Positions 1 through 10,434 of a stretch of 64,000 bases of DNA are shown in pieces. The stretch covers positions 19,915 through 83,914 of the forward strand of contig JAKPUX010000092.1 in NCBI GenBank assembly GCA_029554865.1, given 5' to 3'. Every line of letters starts with the position of its first letter. The stretch's first letter is position 1. The notes under the pieces were generated by a model. That model had not been told where the DNA came from and searched no databases. It saw only the letters and a program-made list of their open reading frames with translations. Both the position numbers and the translations under genes were made by a program. The DNA is from a bacterium (lineage in GTDB: Bacteria; Zhuqueibacterota; Zhuqueibacteria; Residuimicrobiales; Residuimicrobiaceae).

Positions 1-280
1 AGAGGGTGCTCATCACCAGCTCCGCCCCGCAGGCGCGCATCAGTCTGGCCAGCCGCAGGGGCAGCCGGGGATCGAAGCCGAAGGCCTTGGGCAGCACATG
101 GACGGGGCAGCCGAGGGCGCGGAATTTTTCCTCGAGGGCTCCCCCCTGCCCGACGCTGGCGATGGTGAGAGCGTACTTGTCCCGGTCGATCAGGGCGGCC
201 AGCTCGAGCAGCTTGAGCTCGCCGCCGCCGACCCCGAAACCGTTAACCACCAGAAGCAGGGAGTGTTTGCTCTCAGTCAC
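1..280 (-). CDS. Glycosyltransferase family 4, N-terminal part (3' end lies beyond the window start)
   Basis: Reverse-strand translation from a GTG at 278-280 gives MTESKHSLLLVVNGFGVGGGELKLLELAALIDRDKYALTIASVGQGG..., typical of a GT4 N-terminal Rossmann domain. An AAGAGG RBS sits 3-8 nt upstream. It is absent from the ORF track because it is edge-partial. Confidence 0.6.
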   Translation of the reverse strand, partial: MTESKHSLLLVVNGFGVGGGELKLLELAALIDRDKYALTIASVGQGGALEEKFRALGCPVHVLPKAFGFDPRLPLRLARLMRACGAELVMSTL

Positions 281-384
281 CTCTTCAATCCTCTTTTATC
301 TAAGCATACCAAAAAAGTGCCGGAGTGCGGAGCGGAATCCTCCGCCGGCGACGCGCCGTTCCGCGGCGGCCGGCCGCACGGGGT

Positions 385-1620
385 TCAACGCGAGAGGAAG
401 CGCTGGTAGATCTCTTCCATGCGCTGCAGATGGGCCTCCGGCGCAAAGAGGCGCTCGGCCTTGGCCCGCCCCGCCCTGCCCATCTCCGGCCACTGCGGTG
501 CGCATTCGAGCATGCGCCTGAGGGCCTGCACCAGGCTCTCCTCATCCCCGGCGGTGAAGAGAAAGCCGTCGCGTCCTTCGTCGATCAGCTCCGGGATCCC
601 GCCGATGGCCGCGCCGACCACCGGCTTGCCATGCGCCAGGGCCTCGTATATGGCGAGAGGCGAATTGTCATAGACCACCGAGGGCACGGCGACGAACATC
701 GCGCGGCGCACAATCTCCCGCAGCTCCCCTCCGCTCTTGTAGCCGAGAAACTCGACATTGGTCATCCCCTGCTCGCGGACGAACTTTTGCAAAGGCTCGT
801 CCAGCCGGCCGGTGCCGATCACCTTGAGATGCGCTCCGGGCACTCTCTTCATGGCGTGGACCAGCTCGGCCACTCCCTTCTCGTGCGATAGCCGCCCCAC
901 ATAGACGAAATAGCCGTCGTTCTCGTAGCAGGGCTCATACTCTGCCATAGGGATGGTATAGGGCAGCCACTCGACCATCTGCTCCGGATAGCCGTACTGA
1001 ATCATTTTGCCCTGTAAAAAGCGGCTCGGCGAGAGATAGAGGTCGACCTGGCGGCGATAGGTCCCGAGCAGACGGTGCAGATAGGATTCGGCGGTGACCA
1101 GTCCCGAGGCAGGCAGGGAATTGCGAAAGCAGCGCCCGGCCGTGGCGTGCCAGAAGTACCTGCCGGCGCAGCGTTCGCAGACCCGGCCGGCGCGGTCGAG
1201 GAAAAGATAGTCCGGGCAGAGGATCTTGTACTCGTGCAGGGTAAAGATCACCGGCAGCCGCTTTTTCTTCAGGGAGAAGAGCACCGACGGCGAAAGGTGG
1301 TGATAGACCCCGTGGACGTGGGCGATATCCGGCTTGACCTCATCGATCAGGGCCTCGATCCTGCTCCGGGCCTGCCGGTTGTAGACCACGCGCGCGGCCG
1401 ACTTGAGGCCGTTGACGAGACCGAGCCGGGCCAGCTCCTTGTCCGGTTCGAAATAATCGACAAAGTGGCTGCTGTAGGGAGTGGCCAGATTGCGTGGATG
1501 GTGCATGGCGAAGGGGATGACCTCGTGCCCCCTGTGCTCGAGCAGTCCGGAGAGGTTGAAATAATAGCGCTCCGCGCCCCCCTCGATGTAATAGAACTTG
1601 TGGACCATCAGGATCTTCAT
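385..1620 (-). CDS. Glycosyltransferase family 4 (GT-B fold)
   Basis: 411-aa ORF. N-terminus MKILMVHKFYYIEGGAERY and the C-terminal E-x7-E-like region are typical of GT4. It overlaps the next gene by 4 nt. Confidence 0.85.
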   Translation of the reverse strand: MKILMVHKFYYIEGGAERYYFNLSGLLEHRGHEVIPFAMHHPRNLATPYSSHFVDYFEPDKELARLGLVNGLKSAARVVYNRQARSRIEALIDEVKPDIAHVHGVYHHLSPSVLFSLKKKRLPVIFTLHEYKILCPDYLFLDRAGRVCERCAGRYFWHATAGRCFRNSLPASGLVTAESYLHRLLGTYRRQVDLYLSPSRFLQGKMIQYGYPEQMVEWLPYTIPMAEYEPCYENDGYFVYVGRLSHEKGVAELVHAMKRVPGAHLKVIGTGRLDEPLQKFVREQGMTNVEFLGYKSGGELREIVRRAMFVAVPSVVYDNSPLAIYEALAHGKPVVGAAIGGIPELIDEGRDGFLFTAGDEESLVQALRRMLECAPQWPEMGRAGRAKAERLFAPEAHLQRMEEIYQRFLSR

Positions 1621-2852
1621 CGCGCACTCCCCCCTTCCTGAGCGCGCAGGCGGTGCTCAGTGATCACCTGCTGGCAGATCTTTTCGTAGGCCAGGGCCTT
1701 GTGTTTCCAGGTGTGCTGCTGGATGATGGTCTCACGGGCATTAATGCCCATCTGGCGGGCGATTTCGGGATCCTCGAGCAGGCCCGAAATGGCCGAGATG
1801 AAGGCGTCGAAATCCCCGGGAGGGCAGAGCACCCCGTCCCAGCCGTCGCGGATGATGCGCGCCAGCTGGCCGATGCGGGTGGTCACCACCGCCTTGCCGG
1901 CGGCCATGTACTCAAAGACCTTGACCGGACTGTAATAGAAAAAGGGGAGATTGGGATAGGGCGCCAGAACCACATCCATGAGCTGGAGATAGTGCGGGAT
2001 CTCGACGTGCGCCACATAGCCGGTCTGGATGACATGGCGGGTGAGGTCGTGTTTTTCCAGATAGCGGCGGATCAGCTTCTCCTGCCCCCCGCCGGAGCCC
2101 ACCAGCAGGAAGCGGGTTGCGGGATACCTGGCCACCACCGCCTTGACGATGCGCAGGAGATTGTCGATGCCGTGCCAGGCGCTCATCGAGCCGATGAAGC
2201 CGAGCACCGGTCCGCCGGTCAGCCCGAAGCGATGGGCGAGGCCGCGGTCGGGCTCCCGCGGCGAGAATTTGTCGATATCCGCGCCGTTGCAGACCACAGC
2301 GGTGCGGGCGGGATCGAGGTCGTGGGCATCGGTGAAATAGCGCTGCAGTTCGCGCGACTGCATCACCGCGAAATCACAGCTGCGCAGGAGATGGCGCTCG
2401 ATCCGGCGCGGTATGGCCGCTATGCGCCAGTACTGCTTCTGAAAATGGACCGCTTCATACAGGGGAGGGCTGTCCGCCTCGATGATGAGCGGGAGGCCGA
2501 ATCTGCGCGCGGTCTTGATCGCCGAAAAGAGATAGAGGTCGAGGCGGGCGATGATGATGTCGGGTCTGAAGGCGGCCACTTTTTCCGCCTCGATGCGGGC
2601 AAATTTACGGTTCTCCAGCAGTAAACGCAGGTCGTGCACCAGAAAGGCGAAATGGCGCTTGAAGAAATCCCGCGCCGAACGCTTGAGGGTGCCCGCCGGC
2701 GGCCCGCCGGGCTGGTCCTTGAACCAGACCATTTCCACCTCGTGGCCCAGCTTGCGCATGGCGGCGAAGAGCTCCATGGGCTTGATCGCCGAGCCCAGGG
2801 AGGCCCCGTAGATATCGTAGAGATAGTTGAAATAGAGTATTTTCATGGTCAT
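1617..2852 (-). CDS. Glycosyltransferase family 4
   Basis: 411-aa ORF with a GT4-like N-terminal and C-terminal Rossmann pair. It overlaps both neighbours by 4 nt. Confidence 0.8.
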   Translation of the reverse strand: MTMKILYFNYLYDIYGASLGSAIKPMELFAAMRKLGHEVEMVWFKDQPGGPPAGTLKRSARDFFKRHFAFLVHDLRLLLENRKFARIEAEKVAAFRPDIIIARLDLYLFSAIKTARRFGLPLIIEADSPPLYEAVHFQKQYWRIAAIPRRIERHLLRSCDFAVMQSRELQRYFTDAHDLDPARTAVVCNGADIDKFSPREPDRGLAHRFGLTGGPVLGFIGSMSAWHGIDNLLRIVKAVVARYPATRFLLVGSGGGQEKLIRRYLEKHDLTRHVIQTGYVAHVEIPHYLQLMDVVLAPYPNLPFFYYSPVKVFEYMAAGKAVVTTRIGQLARIIRDGWDGVLCPPGDFDAFISAISGLLEDPEIARQMGINARETIIQQHTWKHKALAYEKICQQVITEHRLRAQEGGSAR

Positions 2853-4258
2853 TTTGCTCTCTTGAACTGCCAGATTTCCTGCCAGGTGATCGTCTTAAGG
2901 GCGAAGAGGATGGCAAAGTAAAGGGCTGCGCCAATCCCCGCCAGCGGGAGGGGCGGCAGGCTGCGCAGGAGAAGGAGGCCGAGGCTCATCACTGCGGCGG
3001 CGATGACGCCGTCGCGGATGAAGACGAGCCCGGTCAACCGCACGATCCGCCTGAAGGCGAGGATCAGGGTCGCCGTCAGCACCGCCGATTCGGTCACCAG
3101 CGAAGCGATGCTCGACCCGACATGGGCGTAGCGCGGGATGAGCAGCCAGTTCAGGCTGGCGCTGACAACCAGTCCGCCGATCTGGATGATCACCAGCCGG
3201 CCCTGATGGTTGGTCGCCCCGAAGGCCCCGGCGGTGAAGATGTTGAGAAAGAGCACCGCCGCCGTACAGCCGAGAATCTGCAGGGCCGGAATTGAGGGGG
3301 CATAGGCGGCGCCGTAAAAACCGAGCACGACCGGACGGGCGAGGAGCAGCACCCCGGGGACGATGGGGATCGCCAGCAGCAGCAGCCATTTAAAACCCCG
3401 GGTGAAGACCTGATTGAGATGGTCGGCGAAGGGGGTGGCGGCGCGCGCCATCGCCGGGAAGGTGGCGATCATCAGCACCGTCGGCACGACATTGCTCAGA
3501 TCGATGAGTTTGTGGGCGGCTGCGTAATATCCCCAATAATCCGGCCCCTTCATCAGGGAGAGCATCACCATATCGATGCGCGAATAGATGGTGGTGAGAA
3601 AGACCGAGATGCCAAAGACCACTGCACCGCGCAGCATGGGCAGGAATTCCCTGAAGCTGAAGGCCATGGCCGGGCGGACGAATCTGCGAAACAGGGGGCG
3701 GAGGGAATAAAGCGTACTCGCGGCGGCCGAGGCGACAAAGACCCAGGCCAACCCCTTCAGCCCCCCTCCCGTCAGCAGGACGGCGATGCCCAGGGCCGTG
3801 GTCAGCACCTTCTCTATGCTCTGCGCCAGCGACTCCCACTCCATCTCCTCGAAGGCCCGGAAGAGGGCGACCGCCAGATCCCGGAAGGAGGTGAGCAAAG
3901 CGTAAAGGGAAAAGATCCACACCGCCTCCACGGTCTCGCGGTCGTAGGAACCGAGCTCGAGATAGAGGGCCACAAAGAGCAGACTGAGGGGGATCAGCAC
4001 CACCTTGAGGCCGACGGCGTAGGCGAAATAGCGCTGGGCGCGCTCCTTGTGCTTGGCGATCTCCCGCGTCACCCACATGTTGAGGCCGAGGTCATCCGCC
4101 AGCATCGTAAAGAACATGATGGTGGTGGCGAGATTGTAACGGCCGAACGAGGCGGGCCCGAGGATGCGTGAAGCAACAGGCAGGAGCAGCATCGCCATGG
4201 CGATGCGCAGCCCCTGCCCGATGGAGACAAAGAGCGTATTGAGACGAATGCTCGACAC
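2849..4258 (-). CDS. wzx: Oligosaccharide/polysaccharide flippase, Wzx-like (PST family)
   Basis: 469 aa and polytopic (about 12-14 hydrophobic helices). The N-terminus is typical of the Polysacc_synt flippase family. Confidence 0.75.
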   Translation of the reverse strand: MSSIRLNTLFVSIGQGLRIAMAMLLLPVASRILGPASFGRYNLATTIMFFTMLADDLGLNMWVTREIAKHKERAQRYFAYAVGLKVVLIPLSLLFVALYLELGSYDRETVEAVWIFSLYALLTSFRDLAVALFRAFEEMEWESLAQSIEKVLTTALGIAVLLTGGGLKGLAWVFVASAAASTLYSLRPLFRRFVRPAMAFSFREFLPMLRGAVVFGISVFLTTIYSRIDMVMLSLMKGPDYWGYYAAAHKLIDLSNVVPTVLMIATFPAMARAATPFADHLNQVFTRGFKWLLLLAIPIVPGVLLLARPVVLGFYGAAYAPSIPALQILGCTAAVLFLNIFTAGAFGATNHQGRLVIIQIGGLVVSASLNWLLIPRYAHVGSSIASLVTESAVLTATLILAFRRIVRLTGLVFIRDGVIAAAVMSLGLLLLRSLPPLPLAGIGAALYFAILFALKTITWQEIWQFKRAK

Positions 4259-4264
4259 TGTGTC

Positions 4265-6034
4265 CTACTCGCGCGACCGGGCTTTTTCGGGCGTTGGCGA
4301 GGGCACGAGAAAGTTGGAGATGGCCAGATACTCGAGATGGCCCTGGGTGAAGGCGCGGATGGCATCCCCCGGGCTGCAGACGATCGGCTCCTCGTGCATA
4401 TTAAAGCTGGTATTGATGACCGAGCTCAGACCGGTGAGCTTTTTGTACTCCTTGACGATGTTGTAATAGACCGGATTGGCTTTTTCCTCGATCAGCTGCG
4501 GCCGCGCGGTGCTGTCGACGTGCACAACCGCCGGGCAGCCCTTCTGCATCGACTCGGAGCAGTTGAAGGTGATCGTCATGAAACGCGCCGGATACTCGTT
4601 GTGGGCGATGTGGTGATAATTCTCCTCCATATCCTCGAACAGGGTGACCGGGGCGAAGGGCATGAACTCGGTGCGGTGCAGCTTGTGGTTGAGCCAGTCG
4701 TTGACGCTCTTGTCGGTGGACTGGTAGAGGATGGTGCGATTGCCGAGGGCGCGGGGGCCGTACTCCATGCGGCCGTCGAAGCGGGCGACGACATGCCCCT
4801 TGTTTAGCAGGTCGGCGATGACCGGGGCGATATGGTCATGCCAGGTGTACTGCAAGCCCGCCTTTTTCAGCTCGGCCTCGATCTCGGCGTCAGTGTAGGA
4901 GGGCCCGAGATAGACATCATCCAGCCGCGGCATGTTCTTGATCTCCGGCCAGCCCATGCTCTTGTAAAAAGTGTGCAGGGCCGCACCGGCGGGTATGCCG
5001 TTGTCGCCCATAGCCGGGAAAATAAAGACCGAACGGGTATTGGGCAGTTCGGCGACTGCCTGGTTGACGCGGACATTGGCGAAGACTCCGCCCGCCATCA
5101 CCACGTCGATGGGGCCGGTCTTTTGCAGATACTGGTCAACGTGGCGGGCGACCACACGCTCGGTCAGGACCTGCACACCAGCGGCGACATCGGCCGGGCT
5201 GAACGATTCGAACTCCCTGGGCAAGGCGGCGCGGAACTTGTCATAGTTGGTGCGATGGGGATAGGCATGCTGATACTGCTTCTCGGCCATGTAATAGCGG
5301 AATTCGCCGTTTTCGAAGCCGAACATCTTTTCAAACTGTTCAGCGACATGATCGTAATTTCCGTGGGCGGCGAGGCCGGTGATCTTGCCCTCATGCCGCA
5401 TCGGCTTGTAGCCCAGATACCAGGTGATAAAATTGTAAAAGAGGCCGGGGCTGTGGTAGCTGCTGATGCTCTTGAGATGGGTCAGCTTGCCCTCCTCGCC
5501 CAGCCAGATCTGTCCGCACTGGCCGTCACCCTGACCGTCGAGGGTGACGATGAGGGCACGGCTGCGGCCGGAGGTGAAGTAGGCGGCCGCCGCGTGCGAA
5601 CGATGGTGGTCGACGAATTCGACCGGCTTGTCTCCCAGACCCACCTTGGCCAGGAGCTTCTTGACCCGGTTGATGCGGAACTGGTTGTAGAAATAGGGAT
5701 ACCAGAGCCAGTATTTGTCCCAGGTGATGCTCTTGCTGAAGAGGCTGGCCAGGATCCACTTGTGATTCTTCTGCACCTTGAAAAGGTCGTGATGAATATA
5801 GGACTGCATCTCGGCCGCCGGCATGATGCCGATCGCGACCTTGTCGATATTCTCCGGCCGGGAGTTGGTCATCTTCAGAACCATCTCCAGGCTGAGGATC
5901 GGCTCCCCGTCCTCGTTGCCGTTATGCAGCTTGATCCGCGACAGCCGCTCCTCCTCCACGGCGGCCAGAATCTTGCCGTCCTCGATGACAGCGCTGCCTG
6001 CATTGTGATCATCATAGAAACCCAGAATACGCAT
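4265..6034 (-). CDS. Carbamoyltransferase (NodU/CmcH family)
   Basis: 589 aa. MRILGFYDDHNAGSAVIEDGKILAAVEEERLSRIK is the Kae1/YgjD-like N-terminus characteristic of NodU-type O-carbamoyltransferases. Confidence 0.8.
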   Translation of the reverse strand: MRILGFYDDHNAGSAVIEDGKILAAVEEERLSRIKLHNGNEDGEPILSLEMVLKMTNSRPENIDKVAIGIMPAAEMQSYIHHDLFKVQKNHKWILASLFSKSITWDKYWLWYPYFYNQFRINRVKKLLAKVGLGDKPVEFVDHHRSHAAAAYFTSGRSRALIVTLDGQGDGQCGQIWLGEEGKLTHLKSISSYHSPGLFYNFITWYLGYKPMRHEGKITGLAAHGNYDHVAEQFEKMFGFENGEFRYYMAEKQYQHAYPHRTNYDKFRAALPREFESFSPADVAAGVQVLTERVVARHVDQYLQKTGPIDVVMAGGVFANVRVNQAVAELPNTRSVFIFPAMGDNGIPAGAALHTFYKSMGWPEIKNMPRLDDVYLGPSYTDAEIEAELKKAGLQYTWHDHIAPVIADLLNKGHVVARFDGRMEYGPRALGNRTILYQSTDKSVNDWLNHKLHRTEFMPFAPVTLFEDMEENYHHIAHNEYPARFMTITFNCSESMQKGCPAVVHVDSTARPQLIEEKANPVYYNIVKEYKKLTGLSSVINTSFNMHEEPIVCSPGDAIRAFTQGHLEYLAISNFLVPSPTPEKARSRE

Positions 6035-6081
6035 TACTCTCTCCTTGTTACGCTGTTGATATGAACTCCATTTCGATTCGC

Positions 6082-7422
6082 CTAAAACGAGCCCTGCATG
6101 CCCGGCAACCGCCGCGCCGCCAGTGCTTCCTGCTGTTCCTGAAGGGCTTTCCTGCGCGCGGCCAGCTGGGCCCGCACGCGCGGATCAGCCAGCATCCGCC
6201 GGCGGTAATGCTCCATTTTGGCCACCACCAGGGTGATTCCGTAAACCATCCAGATATGATTTTTAACATAGAGATTGCGATAGTCCGGCGAGGGCAGCAT
6301 CCCGATCGCAAAGGCGATGACGCCCGTGACCGCGGCGGAGGAGATATGGTAGAGAAAGGGATCCGTGCTCCGCCTGGTTTTGAAACCGATGAAAAGAAAG
6401 GTGATGATAAGGGCGATAAAGAGCAGGCCGCCCGGATAGCCCAGTTCCGCCGCGACCAGCAGATAGCTGCAGTGAACGACCTGCAGGCCGGCGGTCTCCT
6501 TGTTGACAAACTCTTTATAATTGTTCAGCCCCACCCCCGTGAGCGGGTGTTCATTGATGATGCGCCACGCATCGAGGGCCAGGCTCTTGCGGCTCGATGA
6601 ATGGTCGCCCATCATCGATTTTTCCGAGTCACTGAAGCGCTCGACGATGATCGTGCCATAACGCGCTGCCCCGATCAGGGCGACCACGGCGATCACCGCC
6701 AGCAGTCCGCGCGCCTTTTTGGTCAGGGCCTTGCCCCGGACAAAGTCGAGCCCGAACATGATGATCATCGATCCGGCGAAACCGAGCCAGTTGGCGCGGT
6801 TCATGGTGGCGTAGAGGGCGGTCACGCCGAAGAAAAAGGCGACCACATAGAGGGGATGAAACCTGGGCCGCAGATAGACCGCCATGCGAAAGATCAGAAC
6901 CGACATCAGGGAAAAATAGAAACCCGCCACACTCGGATGGACGAAGGTCCCGCGCGCCTGCCAGTCGCCCGGCTGTTCGCCGAGAAAGTAGAGCCCCACC
7001 GGACCGCGCAGCCACTGGTGGATGGCCACAGAACCCTGAAAAAAGAGGCCGAGAGCGAAGCCCAGGAAAAGATACTGCAGATCCTCTTTGGTATTGACGA
7101 AATTGATGATCGCCAGGAAGATGAGCAGGGTGCGCAAATTGGCCGCCAGCTCCTGGTTGACAAAGGGAATATTCGGCGCAAAAAAGAGCCCGACCGCCGA
7201 CCAGGCGAAAAAGGCATAGGTGAGCACCATCGAAATCCTGGCCAGCGGCGCCGGAGCGATCCGCTTGCGGCCCAGAATGTACAGCATCAACAGCGGAATG
7301 TCCATGACCAGTAGCAGATCCGGCCCGAAGATAACCTCCTGGATGCTCTCGAAGGTGATCCCCTGCGCCACCGTCGCACAAAAAGTGAAGAGGATCAGGA
7401 CATATTTAAAGCTGTTCTGCAT
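6082..7422 (-). CDS. O-antigen ligase / Wzy-like polymerase family membrane protein
   Basis: Polytopic protein with a Wzy_C-like region. The start is placed at the internal MQNSFKYV with a GAGAGG RBS. The 12-codon upstream extension in the track overlaps the neighbour and has no RBS. Confidence 0.65.
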   Translation of the reverse strand: MQNSFKYVLILFTFCATVAQGITFESIQEVIFGPDLLLVMDIPLLMLYILGRKRIAPAPLARISMVLTYAFFAWSAVGLFFAPNIPFVNQELAANLRTLLIFLAIINFVNTKEDLQYLFLGFALGLFFQGSVAIHQWLRGPVGLYFLGEQPGDWQARGTFVHPSVAGFYFSLMSVLIFRMAVYLRPRFHPLYVVAFFFGVTALYATMNRANWLGFAGSMIIMFGLDFVRGKALTKKARGLLAVIAVVALIGAARYGTIIVERFSDSEKSMMGDHSSSRKSLALDAWRIINEHPLTGVGLNNYKEFVNKETAGLQVVHCSYLLVAAELGYPGGLLFIALIITFLFIGFKTRRSTDPFLYHISSAAVTGVIAFAIGMLPSPDYRNLYVKNHIWMVYGITLVVAKMEHYRRRMLADPRVRAQLAARRKALQEQQEALAARRLPGMQGSF

Positions 7423-8665
7423 CACGCCTCTCGCGCAGGGAACGGCCGCCGGCCTCATAAAGGGCGAAGGCGGCGAAAAATATCAGCAAGGGAAGAACCG
7501 GAATGCGGTAGCGCGGCACCACCAGCATCGCGACATGCAGCGCCATATAATAACCCAGCAGCAGATGAATGAAGGCGAGCTCGCGCCACCTCCTCCGACT
7601 CAGCCAGACCCCGGCGCAGAAGAGAAGCAGGATGGGGTAGTAACTGAGGGCGAGGAGGAGCTGTACCAGACCTCCACCCTGCCGTTTCATCCCGCTCGGT
7701 GCCCCCTCGTAAACCCAGAACCAGAAGCGGAAAAATTTTTTAACCATGAGCCCCGCGGCCGCCAGAGGCTGCTCCTTGATATGTTTCAGCGCCTCTCCGG
7801 TCAGGAGTGCGTCGCGGTCGACCTGGTTGAGCCCGGCCGTCATGCTGTCCATCACAGCCATGGTCTTTGCATAGCTGTAACGGCCGTCATGGGGCCGGTA
7901 ATTGCCGGTCCAGAGCACATCCCCCGATCCCACTGCGACCGGCACCGCGGCTCCGAAGGTCTGGTAGTTGCGCAGGGTCCAGGGCAGGATCGGCAGCGCA
8001 AAAAAGAGACCATAAACCAGGGTACGACCCAGCGACGGCCAGATTCCCCGGCGCCGCAGCAGCAGAGCGAACAACAGGAGCAGGGGCAGCAGCATGGTCA
8101 CGCCCCGCGTCAGGGTGGCCAGCCCCCCGGCCAGGCCGGCCGCGGCCAGGAGAGGCCACGTGGGCCGCTCCAGGGCGCGCATCGCCAGCCAGATCGCCAG
8201 CAGAAAAAGAAAGATGAAGAGGCTCTCGGTGTAGAAATAGGTATTGATGACCATCAGTTCCGGCAAAAAGAGAACCAGAACAAAGGCGATCAGTCCGGGC
8301 ACGCGGCCGAAGAGGGCGCGGGTGATGAGCCAGGCCAGCCAGGCGGAGGCGGTACCGAAAAGCACCTGCAGCAGCTCGATCAACAGGGGATGGACACCCG
8401 CCAGCGCATAAGTCCCCGCCAGCAGGAAGGGATAGAGCGGCGCCACGAACAGGGTCGGATTGACCCCGTCCTGGCTGAAGCCCCGGCCGGCGAGAAGATT
8501 CATCGCAATGCTGTGATAGGTGCTGCCGTCCAGCGAGGCCGTGCCGCCGATGTTCTGGGTCAGAACGACCAGGACCACCCGCAGCAGGAGCCCGGCGGCA
8601 CCGACGATCCAAAGCAGACGCCGGGTCATCTCCGGGCTCTCCATCTCTTCCAGCCAGCGCTTCAA
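7406..8665 (-). CDS. GT-C fold membrane glycosyltransferase (ArnT/PMT_2, family 39/83-like)
   Basis: 419 aa with about 11 TM helices and an N-terminal pattern like dolichyl-phosphate-mannose protein mannosyltransferase / ArnT. Confidence 0.65.
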   Translation of the reverse strand: MKRWLEEMESPEMTRRLLWIVGAAGLLLRVVLVVLTQNIGGTASLDGSTYHSIAMNLLAGRGFSQDGVNPTLFVAPLYPFLLAGTYALAGVHPLLIELLQVLFGTASAWLAWLITRALFGRVPGLIAFVLVLFLPELMVINTYFYTESLFIFLFLLAIWLAMRALERPTWPLLAAAGLAGGLATLTRGVTMLLPLLLLFALLLRRRGIWPSLGRTLVYGLFFALPILPWTLRNYQTFGAAVPVAVGSGDVLWTGNYRPHDGRYSYAKTMAVMDSMTAGLNQVDRDALLTGEALKHIKEQPLAAAGLMVKKFFRFWFWVYEGAPSGMKRQGGGLVQLLLALSYYPILLLFCAGVWLSRRRWRELAFIHLLLGYYMALHVAMLVVPRYRIPVLPLLIFFAAFALYEAGGRSLRERRDAEQL

Positions 8666-10434
8666 GGCAGCGGTTTCTCCTTTTTAACCCGGTAGAGCTC
8701 GACCACAGGACTGATCTGCAGCTTGTTCCGGGGCTCCATACGCACAATCAGCTCGCAGTTCTCCCGAACCCATTTATAAAAAAGCTCGCGCTGCTCCACC
8801 CGATCCGGATAGCGCTGGCGCGAAAGCGGCCACTCGTAGCGGGCCCTGGTGAAGCTGTCGAGCACGAGGTAGTCCAGCCCCTGCTCCTGAACGTAGGCGC
8901 GGGCGTCGTGATCGCCAGTGCGCTGCCGGCCATGGGCGAACATCTTGGGGACCACGCCGAAGAGGTTATAGACGCGGCGGTAGTCCGGCGAACGGCGGAT
9001 GATCTCCAGATTCAGGTCCAGGCTGCTGAGGAGCGGAGGGGCGAACTCTTCGGTGCCGATGCGGCTCTGTTCCGGGAGGTTCTGCTCGATCCACTCCTTC
9101 ATGCGGGTGCGTGTATCAACTTGATACAGGGCCAGGTCATAACGCAGGCTCTTGCAGAGCTGGGGCGCGATGGCAGCGGCAATGACGATCACATTAAATA
9201 TCAAAAGATTACGCTTGCTCTTCATTCTCTCCGCCGCGGCGGAGAGGAGTTCAGCGGCTATCAGTAGCAAAAATGGCACCAAAGGCAGCAGATGGCGCAT
9301 CGCCTTGTAGTTCATCTGGCCGATTACGGCATAGAGGAGCAGCGGAAAGATGAGGATAAGAATATCCTCGCGGCGGCGGCGCCAGAGCAGATAGAGGATG
9401 CCGAGCATGAAGAGCAGGGTCACGCCCCAGCCCAGGCTGGCCGGGAAGGTGTTGTCATAGAAAAAGCCGTAGCCGGGGGAATGGTCGCCGGTGAAATAGG
9501 AGAAGAAGCTCCCCCCCGAGCCGAGTTTGCCGGTCTGCTCGAACTCGGCAGTGCCGGCGACGCTCTCCCAGAAGCGGCCAGGGTCGAGGAGGGGCAGAGG
9601 GCAGGCGATGAGAAAGGCGGCGATGGTGGCCAGGCCGGTCAGCCAGATGCGGCGGTCGATCAGGGCGGCGAGGAAGCGGCTGCGGCGCGGCTCCTCTGCC
9701 CCTGCAGCGTCATGCGCGGGGGCAAGAAAGTGGGCGGCCACGATGGGCAGAATGATGAGGCCGGCGTTATACTTGGTCGCCACCGCCAGGCCGGCGAAGA
9801 GGGCGGCTCCGACATAGTCGCGCATCCTTCCATCGCGGAAGATGCGGATGCTGAAGTAGAAGGAGAGCGTGGTCAGCAGGGTGAGCACAATATCGACGGT
9901 GCCGAAGTGGGAATTCTTGACCGGCAGAAAGGTTACCGCCCAGAAGGCAGCGGCCCAGAGCCCGGTGCGGCGGCTGTAAAGACGCCGGCCGGCCGCATAG
10001 ATGACCCAGATGGTCATCACCCCGGCCAGCAGGGAGAGCCAGCGCCCAACCAGGTGAAAATGGAAGGGGTGGAGATAGTAATAGACCTTGACGGCGGCCA
10101 GCGAGGTGGCCGTCCCGCTCACCATCAGCCAGAGGATGTAGGGGATAAAGGCGGCCGCCAGGATGAAGGCATAGAGGGGGGGATAGCCCCGAAGCAGGAA
10201 GAAGGTCTCCCTGGACCAGGAGGCATAGTCGAGTAAATTGCCGGCATGATAAACCAGCTTCATCTCGTCCGGATGGTAGCGGAAGGGGTCGCCGAAGCCG
10301 AGCCCGAGCAGGCGCAGGAGGAATCCCACCCCGGCCAGAAGCAGCAGGGTGCGGTGTTCTGTCCACCACTTGCGCCGTTCCGTGTTGATCAATGTTCCCA
10401 AATCATCCTGCCACTTTTTTAAAGAGTGCTTCAT
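8662..10434 (-). CDS. GT-C fold membrane glycosyltransferase (ArnT/PMT_2-like) with C-terminal soluble domain
   Basis: 590 aa. A YHPDE motif sits in the first periplasmic loop. The polytopic N-terminal half is followed by a roughly 200-aa hydrophilic C-terminal domain. Confidence 0.7.
   Translation of the reverse strand: MKHSLKKWQDDLGTLINTERRKWWTEHRTLLLLAGVGFLLRLLGLGFGDPFRYHPDEMKLVYHAGNLLDYASWSRETFFLLRGYPPLYAFILAAAFIPYILWLMVSGTATSLAAVKVYYYLHPFHFHLVGRWLSLLAGVMTIWVIYAAGRRLYSRRTGLWAAAFWAVTFLPVKNSHFGTVDIVLTLLTTLSFYFSIRIFRDGRMRDYVGAALFAGLAVATKYNAGLIILPIVAAHFLAPAHDAAGAEEPRRSRFLAALIDRRIWLTGLATIAAFLIACPLPLLDPGRFWESVAGTAEFEQTGKLGSGGSFFSYFTGDHSPGYGFFYDNTFPASLGWGVTLLFMLGILYLLWRRRREDILILIFPLLLYAVIGQMNYKAMRHLLPLVPFLLLIAAELLSAAAERMKSKRNLLIFNVIVIAAAIAPQLCKSLRYDLALYQVDTRTRMKEWIEQNLPEQSRIGTEEFAPPLLSSLDLNLEIIRRSPDYRRVYNLFGVVPKMFAHGRQRTGDHDARAYVQEQGLDYLVLDSFTRARYEWPLSRQRYPDRVEQRELFYKWVRENCELIVRMEPRNKLQISPVVELYRVKKEKPLP

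Noticed and set aside
6-891. Plus-strand ORFs 6-521, 98-409 and 325-891 at the window start
   Set aside because: They overlap the minus-strand GT4 genes, whose homology is clear. These ORFs have no motifs.
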